The translations under genes and the position numbers were made by a program. Shown here piece after piece: positions 1 to 10,018 of a stretch of 64,000 bases of DNA (position 1 is its first letter; each line of letters opens with the position of its first letter). Source of the stretch: Myxococcota bacterium (lineage in GTDB: Bacteria > Myxococcota_A > UBA796 > SXON01). The notes beneath the pieces were generated by a model that was not told the DNA's origin, made no database searches, and was given only the letters and a program-made list of their open reading frames with translations. The DNA lies in the NCBI GenBank assembly GCA_040386535.1, contig JAZKFH010000019.1, positions 1-64,000 of the forward strand, written 5' to 3'.

Positions 1-29
1 GCTGTGGGAGAGTAGGTAACTGCCGGCCG
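1..29 (+). rRNA. rrf: 5S rRNA, 3' end (truncated by window start)
   Basis: GTGGGAGAGTAGGTAACTGCCGGC matches the conserved bacterial 5S 3' segment (GAGAGTAGG-N3/4-CTGCC); a strong terminator follows. Confidence 0.85.
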
Positions 30-37
30 CCTTATAC

Positions 38-82
38 AAGAAGCCCCTCTCGGTTGAATCCGAGAGGGGCTTTCTTCGTTTT
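38..82 (+). terminator. Rho-independent terminator after 5S rRNA
   Basis: AAGCCCCTCTCGG-ttgaat-CCGAGAGGGGCTT stem-loop followed by TCTTCGTTTT; A-rich 5' side. Confidence 0.9.
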
Positions 83-289
83 CGGCGCGCTTTCGCGCCA
101 ACCTCCCCGACGCGGCGGCTCGGAGACTACGCCAAGCCCTCGCGGATCACGCCCCTCGAAGCCCAGTATGGAGTCCGCGCCGAAGGCGCCGGCGGGGGTT
201 CGGGGAGCTGGCCCTCGAGCACACGTCGGGCGGCCTCGGCCGCTGTCCGCGTGGGGACGAATCGTGTTCGTCGCGTTAGTCGGCCCCGA

Positions 290-1396
290 ATGCCTCGCTA
301 CCCACGCGCTGACGGGCGCCTCGACTTCAAGAGCCTCACCCTCGACGAGATCGAGGCCGAGATCGCGGGCCTCGGCTCTGAGAAGTTCCGCGCGCTCCAG
401 GCCTACAAGTGGGTGTGGCAGCGCGGCGCCACGTCGTTCGCGGAGATGAAGAACATCGCCACCTCCGTCCGCGTGGCGATGGACGAGCGGTTCTACATCG
501 GGTGGCTCGCGTGTGACGGCGTGCTCGAGAGCGCCGACGGCACGACCAAATTCCTCTGGAAGACAGACGACGGCTACCAGATCGAGTCGGTGCTCATCCC
601 CGACGGGGACCGCCTTACCCTCTGCGTGTCCTCGCAGGTCGGCTGCGCGATGGCATGCACCTTCTGCCTCACGGGGGATCTCGGGCTCAAGCGCCACCTG
701 CGCCCCTCCGAGATCGCGAACCAACCCCTGCAGATCAAGGCGGGCCTCGCGGCCGGCACGCGCATCACCAACGTCGTGATGATGGGGATGGGCGAGCCCC
801 TCCACAACTTCGACAACCTCGTGGCGGCGCTCCGCACCTACCTCGCCGAGGACGCGCTGGGGTTCTCCCACCGCAAGGTCACCGTGTCCACGGTCGGGCT
901 CGTGCCGGCCATGCAAAGGCTCGCCGAAGTGCTCCCCGTGAACCTCGCGGTGAGCCTCAACGCGAGCACCGAAGAGCAGCGCCGCGCCGTGATGCCGATC
1001 ACGCGCAAGCACTCCATGGCGGAGCTCCTCGAAGCCTGCCGCACGCTCCCGATCATGCACCACAAGCGGATCACCTTCGAGTACGTGATGATGGGCGGCT
1101 TCAACGACAGCATGGAGGACGCCGCGCGGCTGGTCGAGCTGCTCGGCGGGATGAAGTCGAAGGTCAACCTCATCCCCTACAACGAAAACCCGTCGCGCGA
1201 CATCAAGCGCCCCTCCGACCAGCGCGTGCACGACTTCCAGACGTTCCTCGTGCAGCGCGGCGTTCAGTGCTCGGTGCGCCACTCGCGCGGGCTCGACATC
1301 AGCGCGGCCTGCGGCCAGCTGGGCAAGGCCGACCCGCGCAGCGCCAGCGATTGGTTTTCGCGGAACCGCGTGGAGCCACCTCCCGCCGCCTCCTGA
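290..1396 (+). CDS. rlmN: 23S rRNA (adenine(2503)-C2)-methyltransferase RlmN
   Basis: CVSSQVGCAMACTFC radical SAM motif, MGMGEP, C-terminal AACGQL; ATG 290 preferred over GTG 251. Confidence 0.95.
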   Translation: MPRYPRADGRLDFKSLTLDEIEAEIAGLGSEKFRALQAYKWVWQRGATSFAEMKNIATSVRVAMDERFYIGWLACDGVLESADGTTKFLWKTDDGYQIESVLIPDGDRLTLCVSSQVGCAMACTFCLTGDLGLKRHLRPSEIANQPLQIKAGLAAGTRITNVVMMGMGEPLHNFDNLVAALRTYLAEDALGFSHRKVTVSTVGLVPAMQRLAEVLPVNLAVSLNASTEEQRRAVMPITRKHSMAELLEACRTLPIMHHKRITFEYVMMGGFNDSMEDAARLVELLGGMKSKVNLIPYNENPSRDIKRPSDQRVHDFQTFLVQRGVQCSVRHSRGLDISAACGQLGKADPRSASDWFSRNRVEPPPAAS

Positions 1397-1502
1397 GCCA
1401 TCCTGGGACCCAGGCGCCCTGGGCCTCGTGGGCGGATCGATGTGCGCTACTGGTGGGAGCGCCTCCTATCGTGATAGGACGGCGGCGCGACGGAGCGATC
1501 GG

Positions 1503-2363
1503 ATGCGTATCGGGGTGATCGGCGGCAGTGGCCTGTACCAGATGGATGGCCTCGAGGACGTGCGGGAGGAGCAGGTCTCCACCCCCTTCGGCGCCCCTTC
1601 GGATGCCCTCATTCACGGCCGCCTGGGCGACGCGGAGCTGGTGTTCCTCCCGCGTCACGGCCGCGGCCACAGGTTCAACCCCTCCGAGGTGAACTACCGC
1701 GCGAACATCTTCGCGATGAAGATGGCGGGCGTCGAGTGGATCATCTCGGTGAGCGCCGTCGGCTCGCTCCGGGAGGAGATCGCGCCGGGCGAGGTCGTGC
1801 TCATCGACCAGTTCATCGACCGCACGCGCCTCCGCAAGAACACCTTCTTCGAGAACGGCATCGTCGCGCACGTCGCCTTCGGCGATCCGGTGTGCCCGAC
1901 CCTCAGGCGCTTCCTCCTCGCCTCCGCCAAGGAGGCGGGCGCCGTCCATCACGACGGCGGGACCTACGTGTGTATGGAGGGCCCGGCCTTCTCTACGCGC
2001 GCCGAGTCCAACCTGTACCGGTCCTGGGGCGCCTCGGTCATCGGCATGACCAACCTGCCGGAGGCCAAGCTGGCGCGTGAGGCGGAGATCTCCTACGCCA
2101 CGCTCGCGATGGCGACCGACTACGACTGCTGGCACCCCCATCACGACGACGTCACGGTCGACACCGTGGTTGCCGTGCTGCACGCCAACGCCGCGCTCGC
2201 CAAGCGCATCGTCTCCGCCACCGTGCCGAAGATCCTCGCGCACCAGGGCCCGTCTCCGCAGTCGAACGCGCTGGCGACCAGCATCCTCACCCCCGCGTCG
2301 TCGATCTCCACGGAGACCCGCCGCGCCCTCGCTCCGCTGATCGGGAAGTACATGCCGGCCTGA
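1503..2363 (+). CDS. mtnP: S-methyl-5'-thioadenosine phosphorylase
   Basis: IGVIGGSG, RHGRGH, EGPAFSTRAE, IGMTNLPEAKLAREAE and TDYDCW motifs. Confidence 0.93.
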   Translation: MRIGVIGGSGLYQMDGLEDVREEQVSTPFGAPSDALIHGRLGDAELVFLPRHGRGHRFNPSEVNYRANIFAMKMAGVEWIISVSAVGSLREEIAPGEVVLIDQFIDRTRLRKNTFFENGIVAHVAFGDPVCPTLRRFLLASAKEAGAVHHDGGTYVCMEGPAFSTRAESNLYRSWGASVIGMTNLPEAKLAREAEISYATLAMATDYDCWHPHHDDVTVDTVVAVLHANAALAKRIVSATVPKILAHQGPSPQSNALATSILTPASSISTETRRALAPLIGKYMPA

Positions 2364-2380
2364 CCGGCTCCGGGGTCTCC

Positions 2381-3136
2381 ATGCGCGCTCTTCTCGCCCT
2401 CGGTACGCTGGCGTTGTTCGCCAGCTGCGTCTCGCCGAATCGGATCGCGCGGTCGTCGGCCAAGGTTGACCTCGGCGCGGCCTATTTCCGGGAGGGCGAC
2501 ACCGAAGGGGCCATCCAGACCCTTCGGGAGGCCGCCAAGCTCGATCCGGGCGCGTGGCGCCCGCAGAACGCGTTGGCGGTCGCCTACATCGCGAAGGGCC
2601 AGCTCGACCTCGCCGACGAGGCGTTCCGCCGCGCGCGGCGCATCTCTCCCGACGAGGCCGAGGTGCTCAACAACCACGGCACGCTCCTCATCAAGACCGG
2701 CCGCACGGACGAAGCCATCGCGGCGTTCCAACTCGCGCTGCAGGACCTCGACTACCGCACCCCGGCGATGATCCACAGCAACCTCGCTTACGCCCTCGTC
2801 CAGGCCGGCCGCGCCGACGAGGCGCTGCCCTACGCGCGTGAGGCCACGCGTCGCGCGCCCACGATGTGTGAGGGCTGGTTCCACCTCGGGCTCGTTCAGG
2901 AGTCCCGCAAGGACGCCCTGGCCGCGTTGGAGGCGTATCGGCAGGTCTCGGAGATCTGCCCCGCGAGCTCCCTCGGCGCCCGCCTGCGCACCGGCTGCCT
3001 CCAGGTCGAGGCCGGCCTCTCGGATGACGGCTACGCGGCCCTCGAAGACGTGATCGCCACCGCCCCCGGCACGCCCTTCGCCGATGAGGCACGCGCGTGC
3101 CTCCAGACGTCCACGCCTTCGAGCCTGGGCCGTTGA
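2381..3136 (+). CDS. TPR lipoprotein, type IV pilus pilotin PilF/PilW/Tgl family
   Basis: Lipobox LFASC, multiple TPRs (EVLNNHGTLL, IHSNLAYAL), rlmN-pilF-rodZ context. Confidence 0.75.
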   Translation: MRALLALGTLALFASCVSPNRIARSSAKVDLGAAYFREGDTEGAIQTLREAAKLDPGAWRPQNALAVAYIAKGQLDLADEAFRRARRISPDEAEVLNNHGTLLIKTGRTDEAIAAFQLALQDLDYRTPAMIHSNLAYALVQAGRADEALPYAREATRRAPTMCEGWFHLGLVQESRKDALAALEAYRQVSEICPASSLGARLRTGCLQVEAGLSDDGYAALEDVIATAPGTPFADEARACLQTSTPSSLGR

Positions 3137-3756
3137 TGGCATCCGGGCGGGACCTTCGTGAGGCCCGCGCACGGATGGGGCTGTCCATCCAGGACGCCGC
3201 GCTGCGCGCGCGGATCCCGCTTCGCTACCTCGAGGCCCTCGAGCGGGGCGACATGGCCGTGTTCGGAAAGGGCCCGTTCGCGGTCGGCTACACGCGGCAG
3301 TACCGACGCTTCCTCTCCCTGCCCGACGCGCCGCTCCCGGTGGCCGAGCCGGAGCCGGAGCAGACGCTCCCCACGCAGACCGCCCCGCTGATCCCGTCGC
3401 GGCCCCGGCTGCTCGCGCTCGGCGCGGCGGTCATCGTCGTGTTGGGGCTCACCCTGCTCGTGGGCCGCACCGCGATGGACGAGGGCGAGCCGCAGGTGGG
3501 TGTCGCCGCCGACCAGGTGGTGCTGCTCACGTCGAGCGAGCCGCTCCGGGCCACGATCGTGGCGGACGGGCGCGAGGTCTTCAAGGGCGCGCTCGCCGCG
3601 GGCCAGCAACAACGCTTCGAGGCGCACGACCGCCTCGTGCTCGACCTCGCGCGCCTCAACGGCGTCGGCGTCGTCTACAACGGCCGCACGCTCAAGCCGC
3701 TCGGCGCTCAATCGCGCCCGCGCAGGCTCGTGTTCATCGACGACCGCGGGAGATGA
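3136..3756 (+). CDS. rodZ: RodZ-like HTH / TM / DUF4115 protein
   Basis: N-terminal LREARARMGLSIQDAALRARIPLRYLEALERGD, GYTRQY, one TM helix; TGATG coupling to upstream gene. Confidence 0.75.
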   Translation: MASGRDLREARARMGLSIQDAALRARIPLRYLEALERGDMAVFGKGPFAVGYTRQYRRFLSLPDAPLPVAEPEPEQTLPTQTAPLIPSRPRLLALGAAVIVVLGLTLLVGRTAMDEGEPQVGVAADQVVLLTSSEPLRATIVADGREVFKGALAAGQQQRFEAHDRLVLDLARLNGVGVVYNGRTLKPLGAQSRPRRLVFIDDRGR

Positions 3757-3760
3757 ACGC

Positions 3761-5113
3761 ATGGCCGAGTCTCTCCTCAACAAGCGGGTGGACGCCATCC
3801 GCCGCCTCGCCCGCCGCGGCGCCATCCAGGCGCTCGCGAAGGTCGTGGCCACCACACGCGCCGAGGATCTCGCCGCCGCGATGGGGCACCTCGCGCGCAA
3901 CGAGCAGCGCCTCGTGTTCGGGCAGGTGCGCTCCGACGCGACCGCCGCCGACCTGCTCGTCCGCGTGGGGGATCAGGACTTCCTCGCGCTGACCGCCGAC
4001 CTCCCGGTCGACCGCCTCGTGCGGTTCTTCGGCGAGATGGAGGCCGACGACCAGACCGATCTGATCGAGCTGCTCCCCGAGGACAAGCGCGAGGCCGTGC
4101 TCGCCCGCCTCCACGGCGAGGAGCGCGAGCAGATGGAAGAGCTGCTCGGGTACCCGCCCGACAGCGCCGGCGGCATCATGTCGCCCCTCGCGTTCCGACT
4201 CTCCGAGGACTTCACCTGTCGCGACGCAATTGCCGCGGTGCAGGAGGCCTCCGATCACGAGCTCGTCTACTACGTGTACGTCGAGAGCGAATCCAAGCAG
4301 CTCGTCGGCGTCACCTCGCTGCGCAACCTCCTCACGCACCCGCCCTCCACCCGCCTCGCCGACATCATGACGACCGACGTGATCGCGGTCGACGCGCACA
4401 CCGACCAGGAGGAGGTCGCCCGCATCGCCGGCCGCTACGATCTGCTCGCCGTGCCGGTCGTAGATGACCAACGCCGCCTGCTCGGCATCGTCACGGTCGA
4501 TGACGTCATCGACGTCATCCGCGAAGAGGCCGCCGAGGACATGCTGCTGATGGCCGGCGTCGGCGAGGAGCCGGCGGACAGCGGGGCCGGCAACCGCCTC
4601 TCCAACGCGAGCCGTCGTCTCCCGTGGTTGCTCTTGACCCTGCTCGGCGGCGTCATCATCTCGGAGATCATTCGCCAGTTCAACGGCGTCCTCTCGGCCG
4701 ATCTCATCCTCGCCGGGTTCATCCCCATGCTCACCGGCATGTCGGGAAACGTCGGCATCCAGAGCGCCACGCTCACGGTGCGCAACATCGCGCTCGGGCG
4801 CCTCGACAACGGCATCGGCCCGCGTCTCGCGGGAGAGGCCATCACCGGGTTGCTGCTCGGCGTCGTGTTCTCCACGCTGATCAGCGCGTACTGCATGGCT
4901 CGTTACGGCGACATCAACACCGCCCTCGCCGTCGGCATCGCGATCGCCTGCAACACGACCGCCGCCGCGGTGATGGGGATGCTCGTCCCGCTCACCCTGC
5001 GCCGCGTCGGCATCGATCCCGCCATCGCCACCGGCCCCTTCGTGACGACCGCGATGGACGGCGTGGGGGTCACGATCTACCTCGGCATCGCCGCCGCATT
5101 GTTGTCCGCGTAG
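3761..5113 (+). CDS. mgtE: magnesium transporter MgtE
   Basis: YPPDSAGGIM, CBS pair, RRLPWL, GNVGIQS, DPAIATGPFVTT. Confidence 0.95.
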   Translation: MAESLLNKRVDAIRRLARRGAIQALAKVVATTRAEDLAAAMGHLARNEQRLVFGQVRSDATAADLLVRVGDQDFLALTADLPVDRLVRFFGEMEADDQTDLIELLPEDKREAVLARLHGEEREQMEELLGYPPDSAGGIMSPLAFRLSEDFTCRDAIAAVQEASDHELVYYVYVESESKQLVGVTSLRNLLTHPPSTRLADIMTTDVIAVDAHTDQEEVARIAGRYDLLAVPVVDDQRRLLGIVTVDDVIDVIREEAAEDMLLMAGVGEEPADSGAGNRLSNASRRLPWLLLTLLGGVIISEIIRQFNGVLSADLILAGFIPMLTGMSGNVGIQSATLTVRNIALGRLDNGIGPRLAGEAITGLLLGVVFSTLISAYCMARYGDINTALAVGIAIACNTTAAAVMGMLVPLTLRRVGIDPAIATGPFVTTAMDGVGVTIYLGIAAALLSA

Positions 5114-5122
5114 CCATTCCCC

Positions 5123-5926
5123 GTGTCGGAGCCTCCCGTGTCGGATTCCACCTCCTCCCGCCTCTCCGGCCGCCACATCGTCGTCACCGGCGCTTCCAGC
5201 GGCATGGGGCGCGTCTTCGCCCATCGCCTCGCGTCCGAAGGCGCGAACGTCTCATTGCTCGCGCGGCGCCTCGATCGGCTCGAGACGGTCGCCGCCGAGG
5301 TTCGCGCCGCCGGGGGCAAGGCCGGGGCGTTCGCGTGCGACATCACCGACAAGGCCTCGGTCGACGCCGCGTTCGACAGCGCCGTGTCCACCTTCGGTCC
5401 GCTCCACGCCCTGGTCGCCGCGAGCGGCATCGGGGGCCCCAACAGCGTCGGCCCCGGGGACCGCTTCGACAGCATCATCCAGACGAACGTGTACGGGACG
5501 TACAACACGCTCCGCGCCGCCGAGGCCCGCCTCGCGCCGGGGCCGGACGCGCGCCACTTCGTCGTCATCTCGTCGATCCTCGCGCGCTTCGGCGTGCCCG
5601 GGTACACCGGCTACTGCGCGTCGAAGGCGGCTTTGCTCGGCATGGTGCGCGCGTTCGCGTTGGAGCTCGCCGGCAAGAACGTGCAGGTCAACACGATCTG
5701 CCCGGGCTGGGTCGACACGGACATGGCGTGGGAGGGCATCGACGGGATGGCCGCCGCGATGGGCATCACCCGCGAAAAGGCCCACGACATCGCGATGCGC
5801 GCGGTGCCGCTCGGCCGCATGGGGCAACCCGAACACGTCGCGGGCATGGTCGCGTGGCTGCTCTCGGCGGACGCGACCGGCGTGACCGGGCAGACCCTCG
5901 ACATGAACGGCGGCGCGTGGATGTGA
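5123..5926 (+). CDS. SDR family oxidoreductase
   Basis: TGASSGMG, YCASK, VNTICPGWVDTDM, TGQTLDMNGG. Confidence 0.92.
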   Translation: MSEPPVSDSTSSRLSGRHIVVTGASSGMGRVFAHRLASEGANVSLLARRLDRLETVAAEVRAAGGKAGAFACDITDKASVDAAFDSAVSTFGPLHALVAASGIGGPNSVGPGDRFDSIIQTNVYGTYNTLRAAEARLAPGPDARHFVVISSILARFGVPGYTGYCASKAALLGMVRAFALELAGKNVQVNTICPGWVDTDMAWEGIDGMAAAMGITREKAHDIAMRAVPLGRMGQPEHVAGMVAWLLSADATGVTGQTLDMNGGAWM

Positions 5927-6744
5927 CCGGGCGGTCTCTTGGGGCGCGGTTTCCTGGGGCGGGGGTCCCCCCCGCAACGCCCCGGAGCCACGGAGCTCTC
6001 CGCATCGTCGCCCTCCACGGCGTCCCGACGTCGCCAGCCTTGTGGTCCCGCGTCCCCCTCGACATCGTGGCGCCCGCGCTCGGCGGCGTCGCGACGGTGG
6101 CGGACCGGGCCGACTGGTCGCTCGCGAGCTTCGTCGACGAGGTGGTCCCGCTCCTCGACGCCGACACCGTGCTGATCGGCCACGATCTCGGCGGTGTCGT
6201 CGCGGCGATGGCGGCGCTCCGCGTGCGCGTGCGGCGGCTCGTCCTGACCGGAACGGCGCTCGGTCCCTACTGGGGCCCGGTCCGCCTCACCGCCCGCGCG
6301 CCGCTCCACCACTACTTCTACGACCGGTACGGCGGTCGGCGCTTCCTCACGGGCGGTGTCGCCCCGTCGCGATCGGAAGAAGTGCTCGTGGCATTCCCAC
6401 CCGTGCCGGACGTGGGGGCCCGCATGCGCGCCCTGGCGCGACAGATGCGCCCGCCGCCCGGCCTTGCTCGTGCGGTCGCCGCGCGCGTGCCCGTCTCGCT
6501 CGTGTGGGGGCGCGACGACCGATGGTACCCCCCGTGGGTCGCACGCGCGGTGGCGAGGGGCGCTGGGGCCTCGATCACGTGGGTGGAAGGCGGGCACCTG
6601 TGCATGTGGGAGGAGCCGGACGCGTATGCGCGGGGGCTGCGCGCCGTCCTTGATACACCGGTGGATGTATCAGAAGTATCAGATGTGTCGCACGTGCCGG
6701 ATGTATCAGTGACGGGTTCGCACGGCACAGGCGCCGACCGGTGA
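5923..6744 (+). CDS. alpha/beta fold hydrolase (Asp-nucleophile type)
   Basis: LHGVP, IGHDLGG, WGRDD, GGHLCMWEEP; GTG start overlaps the SDR stop (start uncertain). Confidence 0.8.
   Translation: MTGRSLGARFPGAGVPPATPRSHGALRIVALHGVPTSPALWSRVPLDIVAPALGGVATVADRADWSLASFVDEVVPLLDADTVLIGHDLGGVVAAMAALRVRVRRLVLTGTALGPYWGPVRLTARAPLHHYFYDRYGGRRFLTGGVAPSRSEEVLVAFPPVPDVGARMRALARQMRPPPGLARAVAARVPVSLVWGRDDRWYPPWVARAVARGAGASITWVEGGHLCMWEEPDAYARGLRAVLDTPVDVSEVSDVSHVPDVSVTGSHGTGADR
6651..6709. repeat. AT-rich 9-bp GATGTATCA repeat / palindrome, copy 1 (in frame in hydrolase C-terminus)
   Basis: TGATACA-ccggtgga-TGTATCA, then units gaagtatca gatgtgtcg cacgtgccg gatgtatca; encodes DVSEVSDVSHVPDVSV. Confidence 0.8.
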
Positions 6745-8474
6745 CACGTACGGGCTACGTTGCGGACGTGCCGCCCCGCGTCCTCATCGTCTACGCAAAC
6801 CCCGCCGTCACCGCCACGCCCGTCGCGCCCTACGGGGCCGAGCGCATCGCGCACGCCTTCCGTGTCGCGGGCTGCGAGGCCCAGGTCGTCTCGCCGTGGC
6901 TCCAGTGGAAGCCCGCGCAGGCGCTTGACGATGCGCTGGATTCGTTCCGCCCCGACCTGGTCGGCTTCTCCGTCCGCAACGTCGATGACGCGCTGATCGT
7001 GCGCTCGGCGGAAGGGGAGGGGGACCTCGACACGACCTTCTACCTCCCGGCCATCCGGCGCCTCGTGCGGCTGGTGCAGGCCCGGAACCTCCCCATCCTC
7101 CTCGGCGGCGCAGCGCTCGCGACGATGCCCGAGGGGGTGATGCGCTACCTGCGCGTGCCCCACGCGATCCTCGGCCCCGCGGACGATCTCGTGTGGCGCC
7201 TCGGCCGGGCGCTCGTCCAGGGCACGCCGTTCCCCGACGCCCTCCCGGACGATCCTCGCGTCGCGACGATCGGCCCCTCAGCTCCGGTGCCCGACCGCAC
7301 CCGGGGCGATGCGGACGCGTGGCGCCCTGTCCCCGGCCCCACGCCCCGGCAGCCCGAGTGGCTCGCCCTCGCACGCGCGCGCGGCGGGCGTGTCCCCGTC
7401 GCCTTCTCGGCCGGATGTGACCGCCGCTGCCACTTCTGCGTCGAGGCCAGCTTCCTCGGCTGGCGCGTGCGGCCCCGCCCCGTCGACGAGGTCGTGCACG
7501 AGATCACGCTGCTCCGGCGCGCGGGCGTGCGCCGGGTGTGGCTCGCGGCCTCCGAGCTCAACGTGCCCGACGCGCGCCACGCCACCGCTGTGCTCGGCGC
7601 ACTCGCCGCGGCAAAGCTCGACGTCGAGGTGACCGGGTTCCTCCAGCCCGCCCCCGTCGACGACGCGCTGCTCGACGCCTTCGTGGCCGTCGGGGTCGAT
7701 CCCTCCACGCTCTCGTGGGAGTTCGGTCACCTCGATGACGGCCTGCTCCGCGTCGGGGCCGGTCCCGCCAACCGGGCCAGCCTCGATCGCCTCGTCGAGA
7801 CCTACGTGCGGCGCGGCCACGCCGTGCTCGGCGGCTCCGTCCTGCTCGGCGCTCACCCCCTCGAAACCGACGCGACCGTCGACAGCGCCATCGCGACCGC
7901 AAAGGTGTACGACGCCGCGTTGCCCGGCGGCCTGGGCCTCGCCTACGCCGCCGGGGGCCGCGTGTACCCCGCCGCGCCGCTCGGCCGGTGGGTGCGGGAT
8001 CACCTCGCCGAGGCCGGGCCTCACCTCTACGGGCGCCGCAGCGTCGGCTTCGTAGCGCCGCTCGTGTTCTGCCGTCCGGGCTCGCCGCGGGCATTGTTGG
8101 GGCGCATCCAGGCGGGCCTCGCGGGCTGCAAGGGCCCGATGGCGCCGCTCAACGCCGAGGCCGCGGCCAGCCCCGCCGCCCTGGCCGCGGAGAAATGGAT
8201 CAACCTCGCCGTGCTCGCGGCCGCCTCGGAGGACGTGCCCGCCGCGGAGCACGCCGCCCGGTCCGCCCTGCGCCGGCACCCGGACCACCCCGAGGCGCTC
8301 AAGCAGCTCGGCCTGCTCCTGGCGAACCGAAAGGGCGACGTCGGCGGTGCGCTGGTGGTCTTCCGCCGCCTCGCCAACGTCGTGACCGCCCCCGAGCACG
8401 TGGCCGAAGTGCAGGGCGTCATCCGCCAGCTGGTCGCGCTCTCGGCCGAGACCAACACAATGGCGCCGGGATGA
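6741..8474 (+). CDS. B12-binding radical SAM protein with C-terminal TPR
   Basis: N-terminal cobalamin-binding-like domain (RPDLVGFSVRNVDD, ILLGGA), CDRRCHFC, C-terminal TPR (ALRRHPDHPEALKQLG). Confidence 0.8.
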   Translation: MTRTGYVADVPPRVLIVYANPAVTATPVAPYGAERIAHAFRVAGCEAQVVSPWLQWKPAQALDDALDSFRPDLVGFSVRNVDDALIVRSAEGEGDLDTTFYLPAIRRLVRLVQARNLPILLGGAALATMPEGVMRYLRVPHAILGPADDLVWRLGRALVQGTPFPDALPDDPRVATIGPSAPVPDRTRGDADAWRPVPGPTPRQPEWLALARARGGRVPVAFSAGCDRRCHFCVEASFLGWRVRPRPVDEVVHEITLLRRAGVRRVWLAASELNVPDARHATAVLGALAAAKLDVEVTGFLQPAPVDDALLDAFVAVGVDPSTLSWEFGHLDDGLLRVGAGPANRASLDRLVETYVRRGHAVLGGSVLLGAHPLETDATVDSAIATAKVYDAALPGGLGLAYAAGGRVYPAAPLGRWVRDHLAEAGPHLYGRRSVGFVAPLVFCRPGSPRALLGRIQAGLAGCKGPMAPLNAEAAASPAALAAEKWINLAVLAAASEDVPAAEHAARSALRRHPDHPEALKQLGLLLANRKGDVGGALVVFRRLANVVTAPEHVAEVQGVIRQLVALSAETNTMAPG

Positions 8475-9592
8475 GCGACCCACGCATGACCGACGAGACG
8501 AAGCTCGAAATCAAGGTGCTCGATGGGGTGTCACGCCTCCGCGAGGCCGATTGGGACGCGCTCGTGGGTGAGGGGAGCCCCTTCCTGGAGCACACGTTCC
8601 TCGCGACGCTGGAGGACGCCGGTTGTGTGGGGGAGGGGACCGGGTGGGTGCCCTGCCCGGTCACGATCTGGCGCGGAGGCAAGCTGGTGGGCGCGGCGCC
8701 CGCCTACATGAAGGGCCACTCGTACGGCGAGTTCGTCTACGATTGGCAGTGGGCCGCGTTCGCCAAGCGCAACGGCATCCCGTACTACCCGAAGCTCATC
8801 GTCGGCGCGCCGTTCACCCCCGTCACCGGGGAGAGGCTCCTGGTCGCCCCGGGCGAGGACGCCTCTGTGCGCACCGCGCTGCTCGCCGGGCTGCGCTCCC
8901 TCGGGCAGCAGGCGGGCGGGCTTCACGTGCTCTTCCCGACCGCCGCCGAGGCCGAGTGGCTGGAGTCCAACGGAGGGATGTTGCGCCTCCAGTGGCAGTA
9001 CCACTGGGAGAACCAAGGGTTCACGACCTTCGAGGACTTCCTGGCCACGTTGCCGACCAAGCGGCGCACCACCATTCGCAAGGAACGAAAGTCCGTCACG
9101 GGGCTACGGATCGTCGCGAGCGAGAACCCGGATCCGGCGCTCGGCCCGTGGATGTGGCGCCTGTACCGGGACACCCACCTGCGCCACACCGGCGCGGACG
9201 GTTACCTCGACGAGCGCTTCTTCGAGCTCCTGTTCCAGCGGTGGGGCCATCGCCTGCACACGGTGGTCGCCTACGACGGAGAGACACCGATCGCGGGCAC
9301 GCTCAACGTCCGGAAGGGGAGCCGCTTGTACGGCCGGCACTGGGGCGCGCTGCGCGAGGTGCCGTTCCTGCACTTCGAGGTCGCGATCTACGCGGCGGTC
9401 GACTGGTGCATCGCCAACGGGATCGCCGCCTTCGAGCCCGGCCACGGCGGCGAGCACAAGCGCGCGCGTGGCTTCACCCCGCGCCTCACGACATCCACAC
9501 ACTGGCTCACGGACCCGCGGCTCGACGCCGCGCTCCGCGACTTCTGCAAGCGCGAGGCCGAGGCCGTGCGCGCCGCCGTGGACGAAGGCTGA
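8471..9592 (+). CDS. FemAB-like GNAT family protein (DUF482)
   Basis: PFLEHTFL, HSYGEFVYDWQWA, YYPKL..PFTPVTG, LYGRHWG, LHFE, GEHKRARGF. Confidence 0.88.
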   Translation: MSDPRMTDETKLEIKVLDGVSRLREADWDALVGEGSPFLEHTFLATLEDAGCVGEGTGWVPCPVTIWRGGKLVGAAPAYMKGHSYGEFVYDWQWAAFAKRNGIPYYPKLIVGAPFTPVTGERLLVAPGEDASVRTALLAGLRSLGQQAGGLHVLFPTAAEAEWLESNGGMLRLQWQYHWENQGFTTFEDFLATLPTKRRTTIRKERKSVTGLRIVASENPDPALGPWMWRLYRDTHLRHTGADGYLDERFFELLFQRWGHRLHTVVAYDGETPIAGTLNVRKGSRLYGRHWGALREVPFLHFEVAIYAAVDWCIANGIAAFEPGHGGEHKRARGFTPRLTTSTHWLTDPRLDAALRDFCKREAEAVRAAVDEG

Positions 9593-9655
9593 TCGGCCCT
9601 GGTCCTGCGGCAAGGTGGGCCCGTTCGCGACCGGCTTGCGTTACCATCCCGCCCC

Positions 9656-10018
9656 ATGCGCGTCCTCACGATGGTCTTGATTGTCGCCGCCGTCGCCGCC
9701 GCGGGCTGGGCGTGGTTGTTCGGCCCCTATTGGGTGGACTACTTCAAGATGCACGACGTGGTCGGGAGCGCCGTGTTGTCCTGGGCCGCGGTCGACGAGA
9801 CGCGGGGCAGGAACGAATTGGCGGAGCAGCTCAAGTTCCGCGAGATCCCGGACTACCTGACCCCCGACGCCTGTCGCTTCTACATGGAGGCCGGCGGCAT
9901 CAAGGTGGTGGACTGCGCGTGGACGGTGGACGTGTACATTCCGCTCGTCGACCAGGCACGGCGGATGCAGTTCCAGGTCGTGCAGTCGGCCGGTACCGAC
10001 GGGCGTCTGCTCGAATGA
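9656..10018 (+). CDS. membrane-anchored hypothetical protein (DUF4845-like)
   Basis: N-terminal TM followed by PYWVDYF; coupled to pyrR; coding-like codon use. Confidence 0.6.
   Translation: MRVLTMVLIVAAVAAAGWAWLFGPYWVDYFKMHDVVGSAVLSWAAVDETRGRNELAEQLKFREIPDYLTPDACRFYMEAGGIKVVDCAWTVDVYIPLVDQARRMQFQVVQSAGTDGRLLE

Noticed and set aside
84..250. Imperfect GC-rich inverted repeats after the 5S terminator (tRNA or REP-like)
   Set aside because: No cloverleaf with proper T-arm and acceptor stem; pairing too imperfect to call in GC-rich DNA
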